A DNA stretch of 64,000 bases from Macrostomum lignano (taxonomy: Eukaryota). The position numbers and the translations under genes are program-made. Under the pieces are notes generated by a model. It saw nothing but the letters and a program-made list of their open reading frames with translations. It did not search any database and was not told the DNA's origin. This document shows positions 22,197-36,056 of the stretch, one piece after another; positions within the stretch are counted from its first letter, which is position 1, and the number at the start of each line of letters is the position of its first letter. Location: contig NIVC01000475.1 in NCBI GenBank assembly GCA_002269645.1, forward strand, positions 310,001 through 374,000, in the 5' to 3' direction.

Positions 22197-24805
22197 TTTA
22201 ATTTGACGACTTTTGAATCTGTGGGAATTAAGATAAGACAAACATATTTTTATTTATTTATTATAGGTATGTATGTTGCTTGCCTGTGTAAAGATATATC
22301 AAGGAATTCAAGGTGAGTCAGGGTTAAGAAATGATGTCAGATGTATTATAGAAACGATTGATCATAAGTTACATGATTTTAAACAAAATTATTACTTTTT
22401 TTTTCAATTTACCAAGCTAAGCGAAAAGTATAGCCCCCTGCTATATACAGCAGACACTAATGAGAGGCTTACCGTTTGGAAAAGTATACTTTCGCTGCTG
22501 CTAGCGGTAGTTTGCAGACTCTGACTAACCTGTGCAGCACTATTCCTGCCGTTTGAAATGCTTATATATATATATAGCTCGTATATTAGCGACGAGGTGC
22601 CAAGCCCCCTAAACTAATTCACTTCTTCACCCTTGGAAAATAAACGAGAAAATAATACGAGAGAGTAAAAAATGGGCTGCTCAGGCAGAGACTCAACCCT
22701 CGAGATATATGGCAAACAATAGGGCAGGACTAACCTGGCAAACAGACGAGAAACTTCGTGTAGGCGGCCTTTTTAGCTTCAGAATTGGACTGTGGGGCGT
22801 GCGGGGGCCTCAGTAACCTTCAGTCTGCCATTTTATCGCTTGGGGTGCAGTTGGGGTGGGGGAGAGACAGAGAGAGACAGAGAGGCCTGAGTGGGAAGAC
22901 AGTACTAATGTAGAGTGTACAGCACAGGGACGGGGTGTACATCTTCTCTCTACACCTTTTCCGTTCTTAATTCCCTCTCTCCTTCTCATCCTCTCTAGGG
23001 CTCCCAACTTCCAAATATTCCCCAAAAAGCTTCTGGAGTGAAAGGGCGGCGGGATCTGGATTGTGGCGGTTGGGAGCGGCTGGGGAAGAACGAACTTGGA
23101 CGTGCAGCCTTGGTGACTGGGGAGTTTCCACAGCTTTTTGGGGGAGTTTCGATCTGTTCTGTCGCGGCCGCCTCCCATTCGCTTGGCTGGCCAAAAGTGC
23201 ACAGCTGGCACAGGCACAGCCAGAAGCAGAAGAAAGCAGTTATGTTGCAGAGAGCTGCCTCATTTCCTTTCAGGGCTTAAGATCCGTGCTGAACTTCTTA
23301 ACCTTCCACTGGCACCTGTGATCACAAGCTGGTAGAATTGTGTAATTTTTAATCATTACAAACGACAAATGCGACATGACTGACTGTGCGCAGATATCAG
23401 GCATCGGGCTTTAATTATTGCGTCGCAGTTGGACATCGGGCTATCTGAAATGCGAAATATTTAACTGACGGGGTCATAAAGAGGTCGCAGACACAGGTAG
23501 CTGTGCTAATTGGCAATCTTTTCTTCACTTGTGACTTTTGCAAGCCACTACAGCAGCAGGCCTTATCAGTTTGCTTTCCTATCTGCCTTTATCTACAGTG
23601 ACGGATGCGCAGATTGTATGAATATTACAATGACCTTCTGTAGTCTTCTGTCTGTAGATAAAGACACAAAACCAAATGCTTTTTCAAACTTCGTGGGAAC
23701 AATATTGCTTTTCTGGTTCGCTCTCGGGTTGCGTGTGGGACCGGGTACTGGGGTCGCTTTTTCCATCTTTCGAATCGGCACTGCACTGTGCACCAAGTCC
23801 AGGACAGCTGCTGTTGGCGAAATGTTAAAAAACACACAGTGGGTTTGGATCAGTGGCTCTATATTGGCAGTATGTGTTGCACAGCATGTAGTGATATAGA
23901 GTGAGGCAGACATGCACCGAGCCAAGATTAGCATAGCAGGTCCAAGGTTAAGTAATCTGCATTGCACACAGGGCCGACAGTGAACAACTAGAAGGGATCA
24001 TGCTGTACCTAGTACATGTAATGTAGTCCATTGTGCTTTGGCCAATTTCCATTAAACTTATGGTACTTTAGAAGCTAATATTTTTAACAAATATGTCGTC
24101 TCTCTCGATCAGAAAATCTATGAAGCCATATATGCAAGTTTCAATCTTTGGTGCACAGAGATTGGACAATCAATTTAGGTTACCCAAAGACATGCAATGC
24201 CTACTTGTGCTCTATAAACAGCTGCTCAGTTACCAGCGGGAACAGCTGACATAGAAACGGCATTTGTCTTATTGATTAGCAGAATCTGTTCGATCCTACG
24301 GTCTTCCGTTGATCCAGCCATATGATAGAGAATGTTGTTGGACGATCAGTTACTGGACTCAAACTAGCTGCTTCCCTATTTCGTAGCTCTATTGCTAGGC
24401 AATTTCACGGTTAAATTAACATGAAGCACCTCGATATTGAGCGCTTATGTATGAGTAATCCAGTATTGAAACACACGAGCTAAAATCACTAGGAGCATAA
24501 ACATAGATTTTTTTAAAATAAAACGTTTTTAGTTCCAAAGAGCAGAAATTACGTAAATATATCGAGCTCAAAGTCAAACAGAAGCTGCTAGGTCAATAGC
24601 GGTAAATAGTATACTGGCAATCGCATAATGATTTTTTTTAATCAGGCGTGAAATTACTGAATAAAAGTATGCGAGCGTTTTTTAAAATTCCACCTGCTTC
24701 CTGTAGGTTGTACGCAGCTGGTAGTTCTACTAGACAAGTTAAGATGTACTTGAGTAAATTTATTGGAGTAGTTTTACTATGAGTAGTATATGCTGCCTTT
24801 CAGTG

Positions 24806-27800
24806 TCATTCAACGTAGATTTCATTCCAATTGGCATCTCCAGTTTGTACTGTCCGGAGATCTCGCGCTCTGCGGCTAGTCTGGGTACACCCTTCATCGT
24901 CCGCTGAACCTCTGCCTCGGCCCACCTGAAAGTGAGCCACTCGTCTGCTGCTCCTCTTCCGGTATTCACCTGCATGGAAACATTGGCAGTGCCTGGAGCC
25001 GGACCCCTAAAACAATTGGTTAGTTAGAAACAGGGGGCTGTGTGCATCTTGGCGCACTTTAAGCGACATTGTCGCACAACCGGCGAAACATGCGGATACG
25101 TACGCAGTCATACGCACAGGCACACACTCACACAGGAGTGTACAGCGGCCCTAACTTTATTTATCGTTAGGCATGTACACTTCACTGTGCCTTGGGGGAT
25201 AGAGCCACGTCGAGATTCCAATTAAGTCCCAAATCAATTTGACTGCACTTGGAACCGAGCCTGTGCCGCTGGCACAGCAGTGCGCCGCTCTGGACCACCA
25301 TGGGCTACGGCCCCCTAATCGGGAGTGCCGACGCAGACTCAGCTTAACTTGACTCTTAGTGCCCTAATCCACTGTCCTAGGGCTAGAGCATAGATACTAA
25401 AACCTCTTTTAAACATGTGTTCCTGCAGTATCCATGTGATTGGGATGAGCAACAGTGTAAAGAACGCTTACGTGGCTCAGTGCCCAGAGGATGCCGCAGA
25501 GGATGCAGCCCAATACGAACCCGGCTACGCTAAAAACTGCTGCAAAGATGGCGCAATTACTTGTCAAGGACTTGAGATCATCAGCTGGACAACTAATCAG
25601 AGCTGAGTTGCTGCAGATTCGTTCAAACGCCATGCCATTTGGCAGAATCTGCACTGCACTGCAGGTGACTTTAGGAGGACTGCCTATCAGCTCAGTGACG
25701 AGCCGCCATTGGCTGACAATTCGGCCGTCATCGATCGATTTCTGCAAGGCCGCAACAATTAGCCAGTGAGTCTGGGATTTTCGATGATTCTGCACTCATT
25801 ACAAAAAGGACATATTTATTAAAGGACAATAAATGATTAATGCTTCCTTTTATATCTATGACCACGGGCATGTGTTTAGCGCTCTTATGTCTATGGCCAA
25901 GACAGATGTCAACAATATGTCCTTATCATGTAAAATGATTGTTTCCGATTGTTGGTCAGTCTATGTCTATGGCTAAGAAGTGGACGGAAATCTTAGAATC
26001 GGTCAAGGCGAACTGACACATTTATTCTAGTATCAGTCCAACTGCTAAATGACAAGACGAATTAATTCTCCTCGAATAAAAATCACTGCGATGCCCCCTC
26101 CAGATTCTGAAAGACTCACGGTGAGAAGGTGGGTGAGATTTTGTACCCGAGTCCATTCAGCTGCAACGCTGCATCTGTGCTCAGGCAACGGCCAAGAAGA
26201 GGAAGATGTAAACTGCACTGTCGCATCTACTAGGCGCTTTCGGCAAACGAGGTTCAGTACCGCCACTGACACGCTTGATGGAGGGTCTGTAAGGGAAACG
26301 GAGTGTGGAAAATCTTAATTCTTACTGTAGGCAGTTTCCAGTCAGCTTTAAACTGTTTAAAATTCGTAAATAACAAAATAGTCGCAACGCACTCGTCACT
26401 TGCACTGATGTTGACTTTGTTAAAGAGTCTAAATGGCACGTGTAATTTCCAGAATGCCAGGATTTTGCCCTGTCAATTTGAATCTCGTGGTCAGATGTGC
26501 AGCCACCGTTTGGCAAGCAGAGCTTCAGCCCGCTAAAATCAGTGCTCATCGCTGAGCTGGCGCAGAGCAACGAGCAGCTCACTGAGAATTTGGAGTTCTT
26601 CGCCACGATTTGATCATCAGATGGCTCTTAAATACATGATGGAGCAACGACTCGAGTGGTTATAAACTTAAATATGAAGCGATGAAGAGTAAGGGATAAG
26701 GCATTGCGTACTGAGTAGCGCTGGAGTCCGAAGTCGAAGATCAGCAAAGCTCATGGCTTCGCACTGTATGCTTCTATTACAGGCAAATGTCGCGTTTTTT
26801 CTTAGCAACAGGAATCGAACCTAAAATAGAGTTTGGTTGCAGTGAGCCATCAAATAAGGACTCAGCAATATTACGTAGATTTTATTAAAAGCTTAAATAA
26901 AACTTGCTTACCTCTGTGGGGCAGTCTAGCGCGGATACCATAGGGACTCTAGCGTTCCTCAGCTCACTGCCTGTGACACCGCACAGTCTCCAGTGCCGCC
27001 GTGTTGCTCTGAACTGCCTGCTTATGCTCCTGGAGTTGCAGTGATGCCCTGAGAACATCTGCTGATTACTACTAGATGTAAAGATCTCAATGTTACTGCT
27101 TCCTAAAAGCATTAGTTTTTTAAATGATTTGGACTTAATTGACGCCAAATGTGGTGACACAACAGCAAGGACTACTAGAATAGAAGGACGCAACACTTGC
27201 AAATCGTGGAAAATAGTTGAAGGCCGGTTATTAAAATGTCTGTATCTCTGAATCGATTGCATATAGAAGGTTAATTTTTTCGTCCGATTGTTCAGATTTT
27301 TGTCCCCTACCAAGCAAGTTATGAATTTATTAATTTCCAACTAGATGTAGTTTTGCATTCAAGTCTTCAAGTTTAGGAAACAATGAAGTAGCCGAAAATC
27401 TTTGACGCAAATTTTTGTTACGGTTGTAAAAAATGTAATAAGCTAATGATACTAAACCACAAAATATTATAAAAAATAGAGCTACTCGTAAATGTTTCTG
27501 AACCAAGTAGCTACCAGACAATATTGAGTACTCATACCCAATACTCAGAGAATACTCAATATTCTCTGGTAGCTACTGCAAACAGCACATACGTCAGTGG
27601 TATGTTTAAAATCATGAAATTTATCTAATCTCGCTATTGTATATGGTCCAACGAAAATTGGTCTTCAATTCAACTATTTTTACACGAATCGAGAGTGCAC
27701 GCGCTCGTAAATGTCCTTCTATAAAGAAGTGTTCCTAGCGGTCCTTGCACAGCAGTCACTCACCCGCTCTGCCGGTCACAGTCACAGATCTGATGAGCAC

Positions 27801-28165
27801 TGTCTCATTCAGCTGCACTGCAAACCAGTGAAACCCATCGTTCACCTCATCCGTAATTTGGCTGCTTTTGAAAAACGTTTCGGCCATTAATTTGGTATCG
27901 AGATACAGTTCATCATATTTTTGTTTGTCGTAGAAACAAGTTTGAGTCGCAGCAAATGAAGACTGCCAAGAGTTCAATACGCGACTCCTTCGAATTGGCA
28001 GTTCACCTGTGGAATATTATAAAATTTGCGGGACATTTTCATTATTTGAGTGTAATTAAAAGGTAAGCTGATTGATCACCCACAGTAGTAGGCGGACGCT
28101 CCATCTGAGGTTACTGAAAGCAGCAGCAGAGTAAGGTAGGCGAGCACATCATGTACTTTTTGCAT
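24806..28165 (-). CDS. Type I membrane protein: signal peptide, discoidin/F-type-lectin-like domain, Ig-like domains, TM helix, short cytoplasmic tail
   Basis: Exons 28165-28084 (MQKVHDVLAYLTLLLLSVTSDGASA), 28006-27764 (HWFAVQLNETVLIRSVTVTGR), 27102-26912, about 26590-26403 (IQIDRAKSWHSGNYTC; 5' boundary uncertain), about 26290-26117, 25789-25472 (KVTCSA, TM AIFAAVFSVAGFVLGCILCGILWAL), 25422-25404, 24969-24806 (RKRSSRR...EIYVE*). Confidence 0.7.
25040..25315 (-). mobile_element. tRNA-derived SINE, most complete copy (head 25213-25315 plus body)
   Basis: Head matches 10095-10195. Body segments match 11905-11924, 16350-16380 and 32840-32856. Confidence 0.7.
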
Positions 28166-29756
28166 TTGATCAGCTTCTTCGGATCGTTTCTAAAAAAATT
28201 CTGAAAGAACGCCGCACATTTTTGGTCACAGACCGACACAGCTTATACCAACTTTATTAACTTCTGTTAGCACAATTTTGTGATGAATGATAAAAAGCCA
28301 CAATTTTATACACTAAGCGCTGTGTGTCGTCTTTTGGTTGAATTTTAGCATATTCGCTTTCAAAATATTTACAATTCCTTATATCAGCTATAGCCACACC
28401 GGAACCTTACATGTAGATTGTTTAGATTCAGTTAGTATAGAATTGAAGGATATAGTAATAGCTGTTGAAAGAGGCTGCAAATTCCAAGCTCTCATTGCTT
28501 ACTATATCTGTCTAACTCGTGGCATGCCTTCTGGGCTTTTCAAACACATCATGCCATTCAAATTTGCCAAGAACTAGCTAAAGCTGTGTATCAAAATAAC
28601 AGAATGATAAAATATAGATTCATAAACCTGAGTCGAGCTGTGCGCGCCATTTCTATGGTTTCTAGGCTTAGCACATGCAGTAGTATGTACGTTGGATATA
28701 AAATTAAATTAACAGTTGCATGTATAGAATCCTAATTTTCTAATCAAAGCAACATGTATATATACATTAAGTATATATCAATAGAGCTATAAGAAAGGCA
28801 AGACATATCACGATGAACGTTGCACGGGTCTGCCTCCTATCAACAGCAATAACAATTTTTGTGCTACAATAAAACGTCCATTTTCCATAAATTGCATGCA
28901 TTTTTCGGTAGACCTGGCAGCCTCCTAAAATTTTCCAGTTTCCCGCCATCTTAAATGAAGTAGTCCTTGCATGACACGTACCTGGCTTGGTTATCAGCAT
29001 GCTTTACACAGGTCGGCTTGTTCAACTTGCGGCTACATTCTAACGTTTGTTACATATGGCACCTATATCATGCAAGAGCCTGTCCCCATCTTACTTCACT
29101 AGCTAGACCCCTTGAACATTTTTACTAGGTAGTAGCTGACAGCACTAACTTTCAAGGGCCAGTGCATAAAACTGTTATATACAGTGGTCCTTGATAACTT
29201 TATGTATCGTAACTTCGCAAAGTTTTTGGGGCTCAGTTTGCACGAAAATTGTATGGTTCTTTAATTACCGTAAAAAATTAGGGCATACGCTGCTGCTGTT
29301 ATATGAATTTATTCTAGGTGTGTTTTACCTTCCATTTTTTGATAAAAAACATTCATTTGACTGCAATTTCGGCTCTTAGTTACGTTTTATAAGCGTGTAT
29401 TTTCAATTCGAGCACTTAGCAAGTCTATAGAGCAAACATAAACGCACTCATAAACACTATTTTAAAAGTCAGCCATTAGCTCGTAATTTACATTATGTAT
29501 TTAAAAGGTATCTTACCCACTGTAGTTAATATAAAATTAAATATTATTTTTAATTATTTTATATTTGTTAAAAATATATCACGTACACACACGTCACAGG
29601 CATAATTTGAATTTCACAACGTCAGAACATACGTTGACCATATAGACTCGTACTCAGACATTGGCACTACTGCTTCACAACACTGTCAAATTACTGATTT
29701 ATTTATATAGTTGTACACAAGTCTTCTGACTCCTACAGATTCTGCTCTTAAGCATC

Positions 29757-32700
29757 ATGCGTCTAATTTTGGTTACCTTTTTCTTGTGTTTTACATACAC
29801 ATTTGGCGCGAAGGTTAATGATGAGACATGCGAAGGTGAGGCAGACTCCACATTCCTTGTGACGTGTTGCTTTGATTGTAGATTTTATATAATTTGGCTA
29901 ATTTGCAGTGTAAATTCAAGTTTTAGCTTAATTTAACTTTAAATTACTTTTAATAACTTTTCTATATTTGCTTTTTGCTGACCTTGAGCTTGACATTGCA
30001 TTATGTATAATGTATTAGGCCCCTAATGACATTTATTTAAGTTAATTTTATTAAAAATTATTTTACTTTTTTTTATTAATTCAAATTAAAAAATATGAAA
30101 GCAAACTAGCATATCATATTTTAATTGTTTAAGTTATTAGGGAAGTTTTTTCTATTATTGGTATAATTGTTATAAACACTTTATTATATTCATAGGCCTA
30201 GTTAGACCTAGGCTAGGCTAGGCCTAATATATTTGGTTTGATAGCTATAGCCATAATTTCAATAGAACACTAGAATAGGTATAATTATAAAGATATTAAT
30301 AAGCTGCCAGACTTTGGATAGTATACATGCACACTAGAATTTTTTGGCATATAAAAAGATTTAATGTATACCATTAGTGTAAAAATTGACATACAGAAGG
30401 GCCTAGCATACCCCTTGGTATACAGCTTGGTGTACAGAGAACTAGACACCAAGCTAGTTTGTTATAGTCACATCTTTATGCATTTCACACTCTCAGAGTG
30501 AGTAATAATGGATAACCTAGTACAAAAAGTACTAAGCAAAATTAATGCAAACATGCATTTGAATTTGCACAATCACAAGTCCATAATTACAAAAATTATT
30601 GTCTGTTGATGTGCCACTAATAATAGTGATGTGGCGTGGCTTGAACTGTGGTTTGAAAAAATATGTTTATGGCCAAAATCACTGTCAACTCTTTGTATTT
30701 AAAAAAAGATAGGCTTAGGGTTAGAAATGTTTGCTGCTAAGCTGAGAATTCTGGGATTCAAGTGCTCTTCACTTCAAAATGGCTGGACAACTTTCTGCCC
30801 CAACATGGACCATGCTACCTTAAGACATGAAGTACATGAAGATGTGACTATAACAAACTAACTTGGTATCTAGTTTATATTTTGTTGTTTAATGTTATTT
30901 TCTTAAGTTGTTCTAAACTCAAAAGTAAAGATGCAAGTTATTCCCATTGAGAAAATAATTTATCAAATGATTCTACAGGATAGCCCAATGTTAAAATGTA
31001 TACAGTTAGTGTACAAAGATGGTTAAGTTCAAGTTTGGCATAGTCTCCATATACATTAAGTAGATAATTTTTGATCAAAAAGAATAGTTCTTAGCCCTTC
31101 CAAAAATTAACAGAAAACTAAATTTAACAAAAATTGTGTTTAACTTTTCTAAGAAGTTAAAAGTAAAACAAAAATAGTTTAAATAAACTAACTCTTTACA
31201 GTGTATTAAAGAAGAACTAGTTTTTATTAATATTTTTTTTAATATTGGAATTTGTGAGCCCTAAATCTCATTCATAATTTTTTTTTGTTTTGGAATATTT
31301 TTGTGTGCAATAAGTCTATTGGCATATCTATTTATTATTATGATTATATGAATCTATTTATTATTATTATGAATATTAAAATAATTTACTATTATTTGGT
31401 GATACAAAAGCAATGAAGCTATAAAATAAATAATTTTCATTTAAAAAGTTTTAAAAACATCTATAAAAGCACAAAGTATCCATGTATAGCCTTTTCTTTA
31501 ATACAATTATTTGTTTAAATGTTAAATACAATTATGACTAAAATGACTGTAATAAAAATAGTAGAAAAGCTCTCATAATATATTTATTAACTTTTGGTGT
31601 CATATATTAGCAAATTCTATAATGCAACAACATTTTTCAACATTTGTTTCAAAGGTTTATTTGTTTATTACTTTGTTACTATTGACAACATATACTTTAT
31701 AGAGTTTGTCTGCAATAAATGCTGTATTCAATGTAAGTTCAATATTAAATGTATACAAATTCCTATAAGGATCAAAAACCACATTTTACTTAGCTTTTAC
31801 AGAAGTAATTGAAAAAATTCTTTTTTTTATTTTTACATACCAAAATGATACATGTTAATATGTAATTTCATTGTTCTTTGTCACTTAATAAGCATACAGG
31901 AAGCATTTGATTTGGATGCCAGGTTCACATTTTGTGGTACCTATTACATGCAATAATACTCTACAAGTTAATATTTAAACAAAATAATTTAAAGAAAACA
32001 ACTTTAAGATTTTTTTGCAAATGGGTGATTTATTTACTTTTGGAGAGAAATGTTGCTAGAAAACTTTGCACTTTTAATTAGTGTGAATTTTTTAGAGTTT
32101 AGGTGGTTTTAGAAAAATTTAAAAATCCTTAGAAATCCTTCATCTTTTTGAATAAAATAAACAGTAAAACACAAAATACTTTCTCTTTCGTGAGTAGTCA
32201 AAAAAGCCTTTTTTGAGGTCTAAAAGTCTTAAAATTAATTGTTTATTTGTAAAAAATGAAAAAAAACTATTTTAAAGTGGTCGACTTGGACTTTAAAAAT
32301 TGCTTTTCTTGTGGTTGTAAAAAATCTTTTGTTCAACGATGTAAGGCATGAAAACAATAGTTTCTATCAAGAACTATTTTCAAAATCATTTTCATTGGCA
32401 TTTGCATAAAAAAAGTAACCTTTTTAAACATCTGCAGTCTGTGTGAAATTTGTTCGACGTTTTGAGAACAGCCTTGAAGATGCCGCAAAAGGCAACATGG
32501 ACAAGATCTCTGACGCTTTTAAGAAGTTCTGCCTGACCGCTAAGGGCAAGGATGAACGCTTTGTAAGTAGCAGAATAAGATGTGTGCTCTTGTAAAACCA
32601 TATCTTCTGTTTTCGTGGCTACCAGCATCTCTCCCCCATCTCTCATCCTCACAGTGCTACTACGTCGGCGGCCTGAAGACCTCGGCCACATACATTGTGA

Positions 32701-34327
32701 ATGAGTTGGCCAAGCCAGTCAGCTGGGGCATGCCGGCCGAGAAAGTGTGCGAAAAGCTCAAAGCTAAGGACTCGCAGATTTGCGATCTGAAATACGGTGA
32801 GCCACTCGTTCTTTAATTGATGTTCAACTGCTCATCCTGGTACACTTTAAGCGACATCTAAGCATCCCCCAGATAGCAAGCATCCCCCCAGATAGCAAGC
32901 ACCCCCCAGATAGCAAGCACCCCCAGATAGCAAGCACCCCCAGATAGCAAGCATCCCCCAGATAGCAAGCATCAGCACCCCCCAGATAGCAAGCATCCCC
33001 CAGATAGCAAGCATCCCCCAGATAGCAAGCATCCCCCAGATAGCAAGCACCCCCAGATAGCAAGCATCCCCCAGATAGCAAGCATCCCCCAGATAGCAAG
33101 TATCCCCCAGATAGCAAGCATCCCCCAGACAGCAAGTATCCCCCAGATAGCAAGCATCCCCCAGATAGCAAGCACCCCCAGATAGCAAGTATCCCCAGAC
33201 AGCAAGCACCCCCAGACAGCAAGCATCAGCATCCCCAGACAGCAAGCATCCCCCAGACAGCAAGCATCCCCCAGATAGCAAGCATCCCCCAGACAGCAAG
33301 CACCCCCAGACAGCAAGCATCAGCATCCCCCAGACAGCAAGCATCCCCCAGATAGCAAGCATCCCCCAGACAGCAAGCACCCCCAGATAGCAAGCACCCC
33401 CAGATAGCAAGCATCCCCCAGATAGCAAGCATCCCCCAGATAGCAAGCATCCCCCAGATAGCAAGTATCCCCCAGATAGCAAGCATCCCCCAGACAGCAA
33501 GTATCCCCCAGATAGCAAGCATCCCCCAGATAGCAAGCACCCCCAGATAGCAAGTATCCCCCAGACAGCAAGCACCCCCAGACAGCAAGCATCAGCATCC
33601 CCCAGACAGCAAGCATCCCCCAGATAGCAAGCATCCCCCAGACAGCAAGCACCCCCAGACAGCAAGCATCAGCATCCCCCAGACAGCAAGCATCCCCCAG
33701 ATAGCAAGCATCCCCCAGACAGCAAGCACCCCCAGACAGCAAGCATCAGCATCCCCCAGACAGCAAGCATCCCCCAGACAGCAAGCATCAGCATCCCCTA
33801 GACAGCAAGCATCCCCCAGATAGCAAGCATCCCCCAGACAGCAAGCACCCCCCAGACAGCAAGCATCAGCATCCCCCAGACAGCAAGCACCCCCAGACAG
33901 CAAGCATCAGCATCCCCCAGACAGCAAGCATCCCCCAGACAGCAAGCATCAGCATCCCCCAGACAGCAAGCATCCCCCAGATAGCAAGCATCCAAATTGA
34001 TGTGTCTGCACTTGGAATCGAGCCTGGGCCGCTAGCACATCAGAGCGCCCTACTGGTCACTGGGCTACGGCCCCCCTCAACCGCTCACTCACTGCAGTTG
34101 CTTATCACTAATTAGTGCACACCTTCCATTCCTTAACAGAGAAATCCGTGGACTTCAGCACCGTCAAGTTCGATAAGCTGAAAGTGAAAGAGTTGAAGAA
34201 GATTCTGGAAAACTGGGGCGAAGTTTGCCGCGGCTGCACTGAGAAGTCCGAGTTCATCCGCCTGGTCAAGGAGCTGCTGCCCAAGTACGAGCCGGAGGCG
34301 GCCAAGAAGCGCAAGGACGAGCTGTGA
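29757..34327 (+). CDS. MANF: Mesencephalic astrocyte-derived neurotrophic factor (MANF/ARMET), 177 aa, 4 exons
   Basis: Exons 29757-29835, 32438-32562, 32655-32796, 34140-34327 (534 nt). Signal peptide, CEVC, CYYVG...[32 protein letters not shown] and C-terminal KDEL. Confidence 0.96.
32862..33991. repeat. Minisatellite, 17-18-bp CCCCCAGA(T/C)AGCAAGCA(T) with 24-bp variants, in MANF intron 3
   Basis: Tandem copies; they account for the GGCLLS/DACYLG pseudo-ORFs. Confidence 0.95.
33992..34075 (-). mobile_element. tRNA-derived SINE head, copy 3
   Basis: CTGCACTTGGAATCGAGCCTGGGCCGCTAGCACATCAGAGCGCC...GGGCTACGGCCCC is near-identical to copy 1. Confidence 0.75.
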
Positions 34328-35079
34328 TCGAAGCAGCTGATTAAAAAAATTCGCAGATTTCAAGCTTTCCGTCTCCGAATCAAACTGTTAGGCTCATTTT
34401 TAAAGTTTCTTTCTGCGTTTTTCTCTTCACTGGCTACTTATAAGTAACTACTTGTGCGTTTTCCTTGTCTAGCTGTGAATGATGTCGCTCTCTTTCTCTT
34501 GTCTTTAGTCTAGTTTTTGTGCAACAGTTATTCCCGAACTGTCTCCTTTCCTTTCGGTGAACTGCGAATATTTGACATTGTTTTGTTTGTGTTGCGAACA
34601 TGATAATATATGAATATCTGATTGTCGGCTGCATTTGATCTGGCAGACACTGTTTATCTGATAAATTTATTATAGCTACTGTTATAGTACTGTTAAGTAG
34701 TCGTTTAGAGATAGGCTACTTGCCCATGTGTGCTCTATTAATTATTCAGTACACTGTACAATGCACTGCGTCTCTCTATTAACTAATCAAACAGATTTCA
34801 AATAAAAAGTCGAAACCGTTTTGACTGCCAAATTATTAATTATTGATCTGATAAAAGTAATCCGGGATCTCCGTGTTTCGGATTTAATTTTTATAGATTT
34901 TCTTTCGGTTTTATCTTGTTGAATTTTATGCTTTAGTCTGTCACTGTCACAGTAGTATGAATTGACCATTGGTTCATGTCTTGATGAAGCATATATTGGC
35001 TCGAAGCACATTTAATTATCGAATGACTATTAGTGGACTGCTTTAGATGCAGTGTTACTCTGAGTAAATGTACATCCAC

Positions 35080-35530
35080 TGCCCCCCACTCACCCCAATG
35101 TACAACCGCTCCCCACCTCCGTCCCAATGTACACCCGCTCCCACCCCCGTCCCAATGTACACCAGCTCCCCACCACTGCCCAAATGTACACCAGCTCCCC
35201 ACCCCTGTCCCAATGTACACCCGCTACCACCTCCGTCCCAATGTACACCGCTCCCCACCCCTGTCCCAATTTACACCCACTCACCGCGATTTACACTCGC
35301 TCCCCCACTCTCCCCGATGTACACTCGTTCCCCCATTCACCCCAATGTAAAACCGCTCCCCACCTCCGTCCCAATGTACACCCGCTCCCACCCCCGTCCC
35401 AATGTACACCGCTCCCCACCCTGTCCCAATTTACACCCACTCACCGCGATTTACACTCGCTCCCCCACTCTCCCCGATGTACACTCGTTCCCCCATTCAC
35501 CCCAATGTACACTCGCTCCCCCACTCACCC
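35080..35530. repeat. Degenerate ~30-bp minisatellite (CCCAATGTACACCCGCTCCCCACC...) with an internal block duplication
   Basis: CCCAATGTACAC recurs; the block near 35257-35345 is repeated near 35420-35510. Confidence 0.85.
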
Positions 35531-36056
35531 CGGCCCACAGTCACTTTATCTTAACTCTCAATCCTTGTTGTGCTTTAATAAACAGTCTACTTATTAGTGA
35601 TTGAGTTTTACTAATTGGAAAATATGAAATTCCAGGCTAGGACTGTTATACAAGTCTATCAATAAAATCAGATTTTAAACTATAACCTCTAGTTTCTATC
35701 TATGATGCTGAATTATATAAAATAATAACATGATTTTGATATTTGATTTACTTACAACTGAAATTAGAAAATTTATATTTTGCATGCTCAAAAGTGACCT
35801 TAAACTGAAGCGTGTAATACGAGTTCCAAAAAATGGAACATTTTACTACTACGAGTGCTAAATGGTGTTTGCTACTATAAGTAGGAAATAAGTGCATTAT
35901 TTATTTTTGTACGAAGCAGGATTTTGTTTTCCTCCTATGCGATAAATAATGTCTTTAAAAAAAGAATTTTCGACAGAATCAGAGCAAGGACTACTTAGTC
36001 CTAAGTCGCATCACTGACTGCAGCTGTCCTTGGTTCATACGTGTAGTGAAATCAAC

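Noticed and set aside
22810-24700. Several short ORFs and exon-like segments between the kinase and the Ig receptor
   Set aside because: No recognisable motif and no consistent splice chain could be built.
27330-27521. 63-aa minus ORF with a hydrophobic N-terminal stretch (MSGSYLVQKHLRVALFFIIFCGLV...)
   Set aside because: Short, AT-rich and inside a predicted intron, with no further supporting exons found.
29180-29524. Possible pogo/Tc1-like MITE (TACAGTGG...CCACTGTA)
   Set aside because: Only an 8-bp inverted match; the subterminal sequence aligns poorly.
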